The position numbers were made by a program, and so were the translations under genes. Of a stretch of 64,000 nucleotides of DNA, positions 1-14,100 are shown piece by piece (the first letter of the stretch is position 1; the number at the start of each line of letters is the position of its first letter). This DNA comes from Botryllus schlosseri. Lineage: Eukaryota. Below the pieces are notes generated by a model. That model did no database searches. It had not been told where the DNA came from and saw only the letters and a list, made by a program, of their open reading frames with translations. The stretch spans positions 14,386,001 through 14,450,000 of the forward strand of contig CM119371.1 of NCBI GenBank assembly GCA_051294905.1. Direction: 5' to 3'.

Positions 1-112
1 AAAAGGTTCACAGTGCAGAACCTACCAAGGTTCTGTTGTGAACACGAACCTCTAAATTTCCGAGGTTCACACACAGAACACGAACGTGAACCTCACGTTC
101 ACACCATCCCTA
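1..112 (+). mobile_element. Right end of TAGGGATGGTGTGAAC-family hAT MITE
   Basis: Near-identical to 15712-15823 (...cacgttcacaccatcccta). Confidence 0.85.
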
Positions 113-879
113 GTAACAGATAACGCCCCTTGATTGAAAACTCGGGACACCTCGACTAACCATCGGCCGTAACCTTTCCATCTTGATGAGTCGTGATTAG
201 CAGTATTCAATCACACGATTAGCAATATTCCGGATCAGCTAACTTTATTATCTCCGCCTGAGATGCGTCCCGATTAGCAGTTTTTAATTACATGATTAGC
301 ATTCTCCCGGATCAGCTGACTTTATTATCTACGCCCTTGGATTTTCGGAATCAGTTTGACAGTCACATTCGATTGATATCAGTTGTAATAAATTCTAAGC
401 TACTTATACAAGGAATTGCGTTATCCTTTGTGGAGGCTTGGCCCGTCTGCCTCTTACCTCTCGTCTTCATTTTCGAACAATAAATATCAGTTTTTACATA
501 GAAAATGTGGCGCACATGAGGAATCCCATGCAGTGAGTTCGAATTAGTGCTACCATGACGTCACGAATTTCCAATTGTGACGTAACAGTTGATTGGCATG
601 TATGGCTCTTTGAGAGTTGAGATGGAAAAAATAGGGCCAATATGGCTCTTCGGGCAAAAAAGGTTCCCGACCACTGTGACATATTGAATCCAAAACACCA
701 TTCTGAAGAAATACGGATAGCAGCCTCGGCAATTTGGTCCCGGTACAGCATAGGAGATTTTGGCCTTGAGGCTGGAGACTGTCACACGACACATACGGCT
801 TACGGTGTATAGTGTCTATATGTCTGCTGCAAAATCGCCTTTGGAAAATATATTACCGAATAAATACGTGATTTAAAGC

Positions 880-1870
880 CGAAAACTTGGTACACTGTTA
901 CATGAAATCATCGAGAAGTAGCCTCATGACCGTTTTCGGTATGGTACACTGTCAAAATTAATACGAACAGACCAACACCGAATTTTGCGTAAAATTTACT
1001 GAGGAATAGGCTGATCAAGCGATCAGCTGTTAGCCGCCATCGAAAACGAAACAGCTATCGCGCTTGACAGGGGTTGTAATTGTAAGCAAATGGCCTGAAG
1101 GCCACAATTGCACGGTGAAAATGACATTGAAGAATATAAAATAAAACTAAATATTTGAATGCAAACCGAGGATGTTAGTAAACCGTTTCGTGATATCATC
1201 ATCTCATCAACTATCTCAGCATGGAACACAGTTAGCGTTAACACAGATACACCGGCTTTTGCGTGAAATCCGCAATGAGTTACGTAGCCTAAGTGTCAGA
1301 TCAGCGCACATCTCTACCATACTCGACCTTGATAACGAAATTGCTGCCCGAATCATTGAGTACAAACCTTGAGACTTGGCACAGCGTTCGATACTAAAAT
1401 CAAGACATACCATGCAAAAGCTCATGACGGATCTAGCTAAGGAGCATCGTTAAAATCAATGGCGACCAATACTGGCTTTGCGTAAAATATGTTGGCGATA
1501 AATGACGAGTCAGTTCTCACTCGACTTAGGAAACGAAATTACCACTAACATAGTTCAGTGACAAACTCGAAACTTGGTACAGCGTTCGATACTAACATTA
1601 AGACTCACCGTACCAAATGTCATGACCGATCTCGGTATGGAACATCGTCAAAATCAATGGACACCAATACCGGCTTTTGAGTAAAATCTGTTTGCGATAC
1701 ATGACGGATCAGCACACACTCAACTTCGGAAACGGAATTACTACCCCAAACTTTGAGTAGAAACCCTGAAACTTAGGACAGTGTTAAATACCACCATCAC
1801 GACATGACATACCAAGTTTCAAGAATTATCATGGAGTGAAACACCATCAAAATTGACCTATACCAGCAAA
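880..1870. repeat. Degenerate ~198-bp tandem repeat, probably internal to a non-autonomous DNA element
   Basis: Units begin acttgg(c/t)acagcgttcgatacta at ~1374, ~1572 and ~1771, with a weaker copy at ~885. Confidence 0.65.
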
Positions 1871-2339
1871 GATCGACTCAACGCATATGACAGTAACCTA
1901 GTTCAGATATAGATACGATTGTTACATCACACCTTAAGGGCAACTAGGCTATGTTGCCCCGGTTGCTCGGTAATTTTATGAATAGGAGAGAGTATATCAC
2001 CGTTTCTTTATTGTGCGCGGCTTTGAGAGAATAGACAGTGAAAGCTTGTTATGAGCGCTACCGGGCATGCCCCGGCTAGGCATTCGCAAAGCGAAAACAC
2101 GGAAGTGAATTCGATTTTCGCAGAGACTTCGCTATATATGGGCATTTACAAGCGAAAGGACAAGAAGAATAAGATTTTCGCTGTGATTTCGGTGCGTCTA
2201 TAAATGGAAAAGAATTGTTATTGAACCGAATTTTAGGTGGGGCAATGCCCCAGTTGCCCTATAGGACGAGCCGCCACTGGTTAAAAATGCTAATGTATTG
2301 TGTTTTAGTATTTCAAACTAATTACAAAAATACCAAATG

Positions 2340-2560
2340 AAAATAATAATATGCGTTTCAAGGACATACCCCACTTTATTTTCATATATCTCGATCATAT
2401 TGTTTACCAGAAGTTTATATTCATCGTTTCGTTTATTTCCAAGAATATTTTTAACTACATCTCGAAATGCCTTGAATGCTCCTGCTTCTCTCGCAGACAT
2501 TTTATTGTCAGGTGCTTTGAAAAGATTGCCAATATCCCCGCATAAGCAAAGAGAACCTGC
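2340..2560 (-). mobile_element. Chapaev3-like (CMC) transposase remnant
   Basis: REAGAFKAFRDVVKNILGNKRNDEYKLLVNNMIEIYEN resembles the E..AW.SFK.VV.NFLGN.K..NY..LV..M...Y motif of Chapaev3 transposases (recalled, not searched). Confidence 0.6.
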
Positions 2561-3094
2561 CACAGAAAAGTATCGTGAAAATCGTCCATGCCTTAGTCTC
2601 GACGAAGGACATCTACACGATGAATGCATGAAATGCCCAGTTTTTATCTTTCTCTTCAATTTTCATGCCAAAGTACAGTTAATAAGTATAAAAAAAACTT
2701 ACTTCTATCTATATTTTGTACTTAACTTGTTTCAAACTGATATACAGACCACAGATATACCAAAGACAGCTAGCAGGCAGATTACATTTGTAATGATGAG
2801 ATTATACTCACTAGATCCACAATCAGTGCATTAACAGAACAAAACGAAAAGGAATTTGAGATTGCTTGATGTAGCCAATACTGACTAACTGAGACTGAAA
2901 ATATGATTGTTACTAACAACCAACTATTATGAATTGAATGTTGGATCTATGTGACGTCACAGTAGAGAGGAAATTCAATAAAGGAGCTTGAATAACGTGG
3001 CGGGGAAGTTTAAAAAGCGTAAAATGACATTTCTAAACGACACTTGACCCAAAAAATACGGGAAACATATTTTATCACGGAACATGGTATAGGA

Positions 3095-4311
3095 CAGTGG
3101 TTCTCAACCATTTTGTCTTCGCGGACCCATTTTGTACCGTGACGGGCCCCGCGGACCCCCTCAAGTTTTAGTTCAAATTTAGCTGAATTATCGTGCAACC
3201 GTCATCTGTCTTGTGCGAATATCAATTATAGGATAGTGATAAACAGCAACAAAATGACCGTTCTTAAAAACAATGTCATACTGTTTGTAGAAATATGGAT
3301 AGACTTTTATTATTTCGAAGGGACTTCTGCAGCTGTATTTCTTGTTTCTTGAAATATGTGGTCGTGTCTTGAAAATTCACGCTTTCGATTTGATATGAAC
3401 AGGTGCCGAAAATCCATTTTCACAAAGGGAGCTGGCGGCGAATGTAATATTAACGCCTCACGCTTCCGACGACACCTTTGAGCGATAAGTGCACACTGAG
3501 TGGAGTTTTATGGAATAATGTCTCAAAAGTAGTTATTCACACAAGCGAAAACGACAATGCCGGACTGTTATATGAAGTTAACATGTATAATAATATATTA
3601 TTTACACAAAAAATGTAATTCAAATATTAGTGCATGGTCGCGATGCTGTATCATTTCTGACTCAAAAGGTCCCCGGAATCTAGAGGATCCTGAATCGTGA
3701 TTAAATAAGAATACAACAAATTCAAAAGTCCGCGTTTACAGTTTAATATCTTGTATTCTTCACAACGCATACACACGGCTAACGCCAGATTACGATTTGG
3801 GCAAATGGAGCATAGAAATGAGTGAACTTGTACCGTCGTTACCGCCACTGTTTTAGCAGCGGTTCATATGTGTATTCAACTACAATCTCTATAATTCAAC
3901 CAGCAAATCATCATCGCCAATTCCATTGCTCGCGAATAATGGTGTTGCTATTTGCTAGAATAGAGCCCCTATGATCCGAGATACAATTGTAATATGCTAT
4001 TATCTATATATGCTTGATAACAAGGTGTTCAAGTGAAAAGTAATGCCCGCGGCCCGCGAGCATTTGGAATTTTTGAATCCGGCCCGCGACGTCATTTGAG
4101 TTTGACAACCCTGGTTTACACAGTAGCATATTTAATCTCATGCGGTCATTCTATTGATGTGCTTACTGAAGCATTAGCAGTTTGAAGCGAAACTGCTTCG
4201 TGATTTCCCTAATTAAAAAAAATTACTAATTCGTTCACAATCATTTTGCAAATTAAGAGGTCTCGCGGATCCCCTGAAAATGCTTCGCGGACCCCCGGTT
4301 GAGAACCACTG
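3095..4311. mobile_element. hAT (Charlie/Buster-type) non-autonomous element with nested small MITE fragment (~4021-4113)
   Basis: TIR CAGTGGTTCTCAACC / GGTTGAGAACCACTG; 8-bp TSD GTATAGGA (3087-3094, 4312-4319). Confidence 0.9.
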
Positions 4312-4837
4312 GTATAGGAGGTATCAAAAAATCGGCTCATCTAATTTTTTGTTACATGGTGTTATTACACCATAAAAATATTTGATTCGAAGATGTTCTG
4401 CAAAGTTTCACAGTTGCTCCATGCCCAGGGGAAATTGTAACAAGGCCATTAATAGACCACAAATATTTACAAAAATAAGTCGGAATACAGAAACATCAAT
4501 ATTGGATACATGTAATATTGTAAAAACCAAGGAAAGAGAATTTGAAACGCTTATGGGCTACGCAACGTCAATGTTACGAAAATCTGAATGCAGGATAATA
4601 GCAGAATACATTCTTCGTGGCCAAGGTTTATATTCCTAGAACCCAAATATTCTAGAGAGTAAAATATTGACTCACATGTCGCGAATCCAGTATTTTCGAA
4701 ATTACTCCTAGACTTCGGGCATCAGCTAAGCCCAGTGCGGAGGGTGAGGAGTAATAGCTGACTCACGTGCATTAAAAATATCGAGGATATTGTTTGATCC
4801 TACTAGCGGCCAAGTCGGCTGTTAAATCAGTCCCGTA

Positions 4838-5127
4838 TTAGAATTGTATCCGGTTACCAGCGCCGGGGTTTCTCGCCTTCATTACCATCCCGGAAAGTTC
4901 GGAAATGCGGGTGCGATTTTCAGGATTTGGCCTTGATTTCTTTAGGCTACTGGCGACGCGCTCTACAGTACTACAAATCATGTTAGAGTACAGAAACGGG
5001 TTTAGGGCGCTGTTGATCGGGAGAAATATAATCGCTGATATCTGATACATTAAAGGCTGTATTCGGTAGCCTGCCAGCGACACCATGGTGGTCATGCACA
5101 TCGGTACCCAGCACAGGAAGTCGGTGA
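4838..5127 (-). CDS. LDLa-GPCR last exon, part after the hAT insertion (TM6-TM7-C-tail-stop)
   Basis: (V)TDFLCWVPMCMTTMVSLAG...SAIIFLPINSALNPFLYS...RIQF*; in frame with the 5' part once the element and one TSD copy are removed. Confidence 0.9.
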
Positions 5128-8100
5128 CTATAAGCCAGTGATGAGCGGAGTCTGCTTTTCGAGACTCCGAGTCCCTCCGACAACTTTGGTCTCTGAGGCA
5201 AAGTCCCTCCGACTCCGGGGATCTCAATCCCAGACTCCGAGATAATCCGAAGAATCTTGTCCAGTCCCCGAAATATATTCAGACCATTGTCGAAGAATCC
5301 CAATCGATGTTTTCGATAGCCTGTCTGATATTCATACCAGTTTTTTTAGTATCCGTGAATTGCCGAACAGTCGCAACATTACTTCTGAGAGTCAAGTTCT
5401 CTCCAACAAAATGGACAGTCAAGCTAATAGAACTGCGACCCTTTAGATCGGTCCACATATCTGTGGTGATGCCAGCCAGCCCATAACACTTGATAGCAAC
5501 TCTTAGTTCCTCTGACAGCTTCTTCTTCAAAGATGAAGCCTCCTCATCGAACTTACGTTTCACCGAAAAATCTGGATGGCAAAACGTCTTCTGCACAACA
5601 CCACGGCAAACCGGCACTTCTTCGGTATTCTCCAGAATCTCCACCCGGCGATCAGTGTTCCCCATGATCAACTTCTCCTTTGATTACTCGCTTACTTGCA
5701 TTTCAACTGCGATCAATTCTTCTTACAAGCTTCGATATGTCTTCGAAGATGCGACGTACCACTTGTCAACTTGTGATGCTTTAGCTGAACATTGCAATTT
5801 TGACATCTCGCAAACCCAGTATACTGGCCGTTATTATCATGCAGCATCAGAGTTAAATCCTTCCACACGTCACTCTTTTTCTGCGTCTTAGTGAGTAACC
5901 CACTTGACGTCGACGGTGCTTCAGCCATTATATTAAAACGACGAAGGAAGACCAGTCAGTTCGAACTAACTACCACAAACACCACTGAAATTGACGATCA
6001 CATCACAGGTTTCAGTAAATTAAGTTCCGCATCGCCATGAAACAGTTGATGGAACTGCACTGCACTAAACATACATGATGCATCACTGACGCACCGATCG
6101 ACGCTCCTTGAAGTTGACTAAATGACTAGTGACTTCCAATTTTGAAGCTGATACATGATATCTGGAATTTGGAGTCTGAGACAGACCAGCAGCAGAAACT
6201 TGATTGCGGTGCTGATTTTTCATATCACATCAAAGTCATTTCTCAACCAAACCAAACATTACATGACGAAAATTCAGAAGAGTTCTGGATGACTGACTAC
6301 GTCAATCAATATTGAAGGAAGCGTAGTTGAGTTGATGCGAGCAGAGCAAAGCAGACGGTTGTAGTTATTTAGTGTGGCTGTTCAGAAATTCGGAATATTC
6401 TGTTTTTACAGGGTAAGATCAGCTTACCTTAGTGATTTATGTATTGTTGAAATCTTTAAAGCGGGCTTAGATGCTGGTATGCCTCTGTGAGCGGATCTTA
6501 CTACCGAAAATTTGTCGCAATGTCATTAAATCATGTAACACATTGCATAAGTTATTATTGTTTCCATCCAGATACTTGCTTGTTGTATGTATATTTCTCA
6601 CAGATATAAAGGTAATATTGATGTAACACTTATTATCGATATCTCTCACTGCAAATTGCAAGTACGATGAAAGTTGCGAAAAGTTATCACAAAAGTGGTA
6701 TCGGATATTATCTTGTTTCAACTGATACCAACGTTGGGAATACATTTTCACAAAATGGACCTATTACTATATTGAATGTCATCAGGATAATGGGATATAT
6801 TCCGTTATGATCATCAACTTGCTGGAAGAATCAGGGTAGCCAAAGGCTGTACCATAGGGAAGCCCCGCTGTATGTTGCTGATTGTAAATGTTTCGCACAA
6901 TTACTGGGGTAGCATGAAAATTAGTCACGAAACAAATACGCAAGGAGGAATATGATGTGACTATAGAAGACTGCAATGACAGCAACGTGGAAGATTCTGG
7001 AGATCTTATCTCATAATATGGTGACATTCAGCAGTGGATTCAAAGACTGCATCTCATTGCAGGGAAAAATGATGCGCTGCGAACGATATTGGGTGTCTTC
7101 AAGTTTGTGAACTACAGACACTGCTCAGCGGAAATGCCTTGCTAGATCACTAGGTTACTCTCCAGTCCCCAATTGCAGTGCAGATGGCTGATTTTTATGC
7201 ACTTGTCATTAATTTTTGCATGTTACCGGTCATATTACAACTTTACAAGGTGTCAACTGTCTGTGTTTTGGTTTGTAATCAATAGTGTCTTCTGGTCAAA
7301 TCTATCGAAAGATATCGGGGGCAAAACTAACAATACTCCATAAAACTCCGGAAAAATATCTGTTGTAAACTCCGACTCCACTCCGGGTATCACAAAATTG
7401 GCAAAACTCCGCTCCGACTCCACTCCGACTCCGCTCCGGTGCTCATCACTGCTATAAGCCGGCTTATGCGGCGCCATAATATGCGGTCTTTTCGGGAGCG
7501 AGATTCGTTGGAGTTTGAAGCTGGGCTTCTGTTGCGACCTGAACGGAATGGATTGGGCTGTATGGGTTTAGTGTACAGGGTTGTAATGACTCGAGTCATG
7601 ACTCGACTCGAGTCATGATTTTCTGGTGACTCGATTTGACTCGAGTCATTTTCACAAAGTAAGGAAATGACTCGACTCGACTCGATTTGATCTGTGTATT
7701 AACGCAACTTGGACTCGAGTCATTGACTCGAGAGTCAGACGACCAACACCGACATTTCATTATAATTTCAAAGAATAGTATAGTAAACACACTGTTGGGA
7801 TTTCGTCTATTGGTATTGATACTTGAAAATCAGAAACTGCTAAACGATCAGAAACTGCTAAAACTGAGGAAAATTAGTTATAATGAATGCGAATCATTCG
7901 ATATCCCGGAACAGAGTTATAAATTTAACAAGATTTAACAAGACTTTAGTTGGAAACTGTGCAGTCAACACAATGTCTTGGACTTGGTGGTGAATTGAAA
8001 ATGACTCGACTTGACTCGAGTCAAAACTATAAAAGTGAGATTGACTTCTGACTCAGAGCCTTGTTACTTGGTTACAACCCTGTTAGTGTCAAACTCTGTT

Positions 8101-11100
8101 CACAGATTAGCACTTCGGAAATAAACATCAACCCCAAAACTAACCTTGACTGCGAAATCCACCCTAAGCGTAACCCAAGAGGTGGTCAGTGACGAAGTAC
8201 CTTTATTTTATCGGAGCACTCTAGTAGAGTTAGCCTACTTGCACCGCATGCTGCTTTAAGTTTAGACTACTTTTACTTCTAATGGGCTATCTCCAGTTTA
8301 AGTATATTAAGCTAAACTTACTCTGCTGCGTTCATGGAAATCGCTTGTTCTACCTACCTTGTTCTACTTGCACTCATGATATGCATATGCGCAGATCGTG
8401 TGTATGTATATCATGAGTCGGTGTATATGCGGCAAAATATCAGCAAGGACAAAAATAAACTACATCCTTTCCTTCGAATTTTACTTGATTGACAACGTTG
8501 ACTAACCATAAATTTTACCCACGGGCTCAAGTGTCGCCGACTGAAATGGCACTTGGTATTGTGTCGCAAGCTCATATGTCCTCAGATCTATGTTAACTAA
8601 TTACATCTATGCCCGTGGTCGACTTCAGAATTCCTACCTAAGTGTTGAAGGTTTATCTGGGCTCCTCCTCGCCATATAATCCGTGTAAGCGGTGTCTTAT
8701 AAAAGCATAGAAGTGGACCGTGTTACAAGTCGGCAGCTACCGAATAAAAATGAATAAAATTGGCCCGGTGTTAATGACCATAGTAGTCGACAAACACCAT
8801 GAATACCACAAACAACAACATCTATGTATGCTGGAAAAGTGAATAGGATTTTTGTTTGGATTCATAAAAAGAAACGGGGTTTTATATTTGAATTCGAGGT
8901 CTGTCGGAACCAGAGGTGGTCGGTAACGGAGTGCTTCTACTTTTTCCGAGTTCTCACGTAGGTGTTGCTTACACTGCTTAGTCACATTTGAATTACTCTT
9001 ATCAGTGAAATTGCATAGTACCAAGAAAAACGACCCTTTACCAAGGGAGACTGAATATATTTTCTACCAATTCTCCCGATTTGCAGTGTCCTAAGTCATT
9101 TTGCGTAAGTCGCAAAGTAGCATATTTTGCAATTCCGAAAGTAGGCCCTTCAGTAAATATGATTTCGGAATTACTTATTGGATACTCTGCAAAGCATTTA
9201 TTTTCTACTTATTCTTTAAGTAGTTTCGACAGGTCTTTGGCCTGACCCGGCCGGGAATCGAACCTACGACCTACAGATCAAGAAGCCGGACGCATCACCA
9301 TTACGCTAATCAGCTCTTACCTAAGTAGTTTTCAAAAGTAGATTTGATCGAGGTTTCCCGTACTATAAAGCGGAAGTGCAAGTAGTCTAAAACATAACCG
9401 CACTTAAGTATGAAGTACAAAAAGTAAAAATACACATCATGAACAACACAATGGAAGTAGGCTTCTTCGTTACGGACCACATCTTGTTAAAATAACTGCG
9501 GATTGCAATTTCGACTTACCTCTGGTCCGCCTGACATTGAATATGTATATCGCCGTATACGCGAACAGGATGTATATAAAAGCTACAAAGTCGAACAGCA
9601 CAACAACAGCGGTATACTCCCAGTTGCTATCCACCACTTTAGGAAATAACCTGCAATGTTCAATTCCGTTATATTATCGGTGATCAAATTAGTCAACGTT
9701 GGTACTTGACTACAAGTAGAAATAGCACGTTCAAACTATACTTAAGTGAATAGTTTCAAAAAATATTTGGTTGAAGGTTCTCATTGTTTTAGCACATCGG
9801 TGGTAGTACTTTTAAAATTACGAGATGAACCTTCGCCACTAACGCGTATGAACTAAAGACACTGCAAATAATTGCACTTTTTAAATATATTACGTTATGT
9901 CATTCGTGTTTTGGGTAAAAATAATCGCCCTACTGATGACACTACCAATAATCAATAATCAGGATCTTCGAAATATATTTTGAGATGATAATAAAGGGAC
10001 AGTTTCTCGTGGCTCTTATGCAGAGGTGGTCAGTAACGAAGTACTTCTACTTTTTCGAAGTACTCAAGTAGTTTTCCTCTACTTCTGGTACTTACTCAAG
10101 TAGATGTGATTTTTGCTACTTCTACTTCTACTTCATAATATTTTGTGATCTACTTACTTACTTTTCGCTATTTTCAGTTTGTCAAGTAGAAGTAATTCAA
10201 TCTTCAAATCAGGAAGATAGCCTGAGGAATTTCGGGGCTGTTTTCACGAAGTATACCAACATTTGTTTCCATATAAGATGAGTAAAGCCCAGAATTTTCG
10301 TTGCACTTCGCGCGCAGTGGATACGGCGTTGCCAGTATGATTTCACGAAAGTATCGATGAATATAATTTAGGTAGCGGGTTGGTGTGATTCCGTTCACAC
10401 AGGGATATCTAGAACTAGATATCTAGATATCCTTGAGTTCACACCACATTGTCGCCCTTCGCCCATATGAAATAATTCGTCGCAGTATAGCTCATCATAA
10501 CGTTTGAAAGTGATATTTCGCAATCTAGCACTCACTTGTCATATCGTATAATCTAGCATGTCCATGGCACTTCCTAACCTGGAAAAGTCGACTCTGACAT
10601 ATTTTGTTAGTTTTAGAGCTGTTTCAGCATACCACCTTTGAAACTTTCTGGACTAAAGGCATGAAAAACGTGTTCCACTTTTAGAACTAGTATTTCTGTT
10701 TCATTTTCAATTCCCAGTATCATATAATTTTTTTGAGTTATAATTAATGTCAGTTCTTTTGTATGGATAACATACATGTTGAAGTATAAAATCAAGTGTA
10801 GTAATGCCTTTAATTTCCTGAAATAAAGCTACACAATATGGCAATTTTACGGTCCACTATATTTTTTATTAACGTTACTATAATCGCGCAAAGTGTTTAC
10901 ACCGTATCCTATACAACTTCTCCGTATTGCTCTTCGACTAAACTTCGGACCTTATAATATGGGAAATGGCGCCATACCATGCTATTTTCTAAAACGTGCT
11001 GTTCGAGAAAACAGGATAAGTGTCGCATTTCCATCCTATCATGTTCATCCCATGATGTGGACGAATGCTGATGCTATCGAAAATTGGATACCTGCTGGTA

Positions 11101-14100
11101 TGCATCAAATGTGAATCTAGCTCGTCATCTTTCGCATAGCTCAATTTGCAACCTTTATACAATCCATGTGAACAAATTTGGATCGTTTTCACAATTACTT
11201 ACTTACTTGAGTACTTTTAAAGTCAGTCAATTCTACTTCTACTTCAAGTAGTTTTAGGTGGCTTATGGAAGAAGTACTTCTACTCGTACTTGAGTAGATT
11301 TTTTCGTCTCTACTTCTACTTCTACTTGAGTAGCTTTCTTGACTACTTTGACCACCTCTGCTCTTATGACAATATTACCGGTAAAAACGATGCAAACACA
11401 TGAAAAACTACTCTATACTTTTCAAAATCATACTGGTAAACAGAAAGTAGTTTAACCTGCAAACTGTTGAAGTAGAAGTAGAATTACCGTAATGACACTC
11501 GAGTAAGCGATGCAAGAAAGCAAGGCCTACTGGAGTAGTCAGAAGAATTAGAAGCACTTCGCTATCCTGACCACTAGGGTGGAGTGAAAAATTAAAATTT
11601 TTGAATTTCAAAAAAGTGTCTTGATATGTGGTGCCAAATAGCAAATAAATAAATTCTGTCATAATTTTGGGTTCGTACGCCTTCTAGTGGTCGTGCACTT
11701 TCACCGAACGAGCCGAAAATAACCAATTTCGCCATATCTTGATAACCGCTTACACTACAAAGCTGGTTTTGGCTTAAAAGATGCAGAAGCAATATGTTTC
11801 TATCTCACTTCCGCAGAACTTACTCTAAGAAATGAACAGAAAAAAAGTTACAAGCAATTTACTGATTTTATAGGTAAAATTAAGCACTGAAGCAGTGGGT
11901 GGGATGTCCAAAGCGTGTAGTGATTGATCTTATGACTGAGCAACATACCCCATCAATTACAACTACTTTTCGAAACTTGCTCAAACAAATGAACCCCCCT
12001 CCACCCACCTCCCTGGGACATCAATAGTGACTTCTAAAACTGTACCTAAAACGGCGTTCATCGGTAGTGCGGCCTCGCGATTTCGATAACTCAAAAACAG
12101 TGACTGTAAAGAAATTTTTTTACCAACATGCTGTTGTAGGGTTTGTATCACATGCATCACGAAGTTCCTGATTGAAAGCACAAAAAAGAGATCCACATTC
12201 AAAACACAAATATCAATTTTATATTGGAAACAAAATATTTGCGAAACTTCAGTTTTTGTCTGATGAGGCCATCTCTACTTTTGAATCCTAAAACATGGGC
12301 AGATGCTTCAGTCACCACTGTCACATGTCTTTCCGCTGCCTGGTTGTGGCCAGAATAACTGAGCTATATTGGTGATGATCTTGGGTTTTCCAGCTCGAGA
12401 TCTGACAGGGTCATGATTGCAGGCGGCTGTTCAATATATCTGATGTTTAAGTTGACAATTTGGAAGATGTAGCCTCGATATTCATAATTGGAATTCGGAA
12501 GAATCTGATGCTGGTGTCAATGTTGCTCTTTTCAGGTTTGGTTTCATTTATATATCCACTTAAGTCGTCAATTGGAACCAGATCTGCAATATTTAGAGGC
12601 TGGGCCGATCGTTCATGCAAGATTGTTGACTCTCACATGCCAAATTTACAAGGTACTATGTGGGAGAGGGACAGGTTTATCATCGAGAAATCTAACTGTC
12701 TTGCTGAATTCAGCATGGAAGTCTATTTTATGTCATGGTTTGTGATAAAAATGCACAATTCCATTGTTGATGACGCAAAAAATTTCTACAATATAGTTTC
12801 CTGTGTTACAAAGCTGCCTGATACATGAATTCGTTCTCTTGCACTATCTATGCTACAAAGAAATGCTTATTTTGATCACCCAGAAAATGTTTAGCTGAGA
12901 ATGCTTGGTGACGAGGAGAAAAGCGTCCGAAGACTTGTAGTTAACAAGATTACAGCTATGCTAGATCAACCACACCGTACTAAATACAAATTTACGACTT
13001 TAAAGAAGGATATATAAATGAAACCAAACCTAAAAACAGCAACATTGACACCAGCATCAGAATTTTCCTAATTCCAATTATCAACATCGAGGCTACATCT
13101 TTCCACTAAATTTTCAACTTAAGCTTCAAGATATTGCACAGATCTCGAGCTGTAAAACCTAAGATCATCACCATTACGGCTATCATCCTTGCCACAACGA
13201 GGCAGTGGACATACATGTGACACTGGTCACTGAAGCATCTGTCCATGTTTTAGGATTCAAACGTAGAGATGGCCTCATCAGACAAAAACTGAAGTCTCAA
13301 AATCATATGAAATATTTCAATACTAAACATGATATTAATGTTTGTGCAGCCTGTACAAATTTTTTCTGTTTCCAATACAGAATTGATGCTTGTGTTTTGA
13401 ATGCGGAATTCCAATTTTAGTGTTTTCAATCAGGAGCCTTATGATACATGTGATACAAACCCTACAACAGCATGTTAGTAAGAAATCTCTTGGCGGTCAC
13501 TGTTTTAAACTTATCACTATATCGCGAGGTCGCACTACCGATGAACGCCGTTGTAAATGCAGTTTTAGCAGTCACTATTCGATGCCCGAGCCCTATTTAT
13601 ACTCGGAGGTGGCTTCATTCGTTTGAGGAGGTTTTGAAAAGTAGTTTTAATTGATGCTCAGTCATAAGATCAATCAATACACGCTTTTCACATCCTACCC
13701 ACTGCTTCAGTGCCTAATTTTACCTATAAAATCAGTAATTTGCTTGTAACCTTTTTTTCTGTTCATTTTTAAGAGTAAGTTCTATGGAAGTGAGATAGAA
13801 ACATGTTGCTTCTGCATCTTTTAAGCCCAAAACCAGCTTTCTAGTGTAAGCGGTTATCAAGATATGACGAAATTGGCTATTTTCGGCTCGTTCGGTGAAA
13901 GTGCACGACCACTAGAGGGTGTACGAACCCAAAATTAGGACAGAATTTATTTATTTGCTATTTGGCACCACATATCTAGACCGTTTTTTGAAATTCAAAA
14001 ATTTTGATTTTTCACTACACCCTACTGACCACCTGTGGTTGTCAAACGTAGCTTCATCATACCTTGGCAAGCAAACGCTGTCCGCAGAATAGTAGCCGTA

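Noticed and set aside
5136..7451. Exact introner-style removal of the hAT element
   Set aside because: No GT/GC donor lies immediately after the first TSD copy. The nearest donors (ATA|GC, GCA|GT) shift the frame, so only exon-skipping rescue remains plausible.
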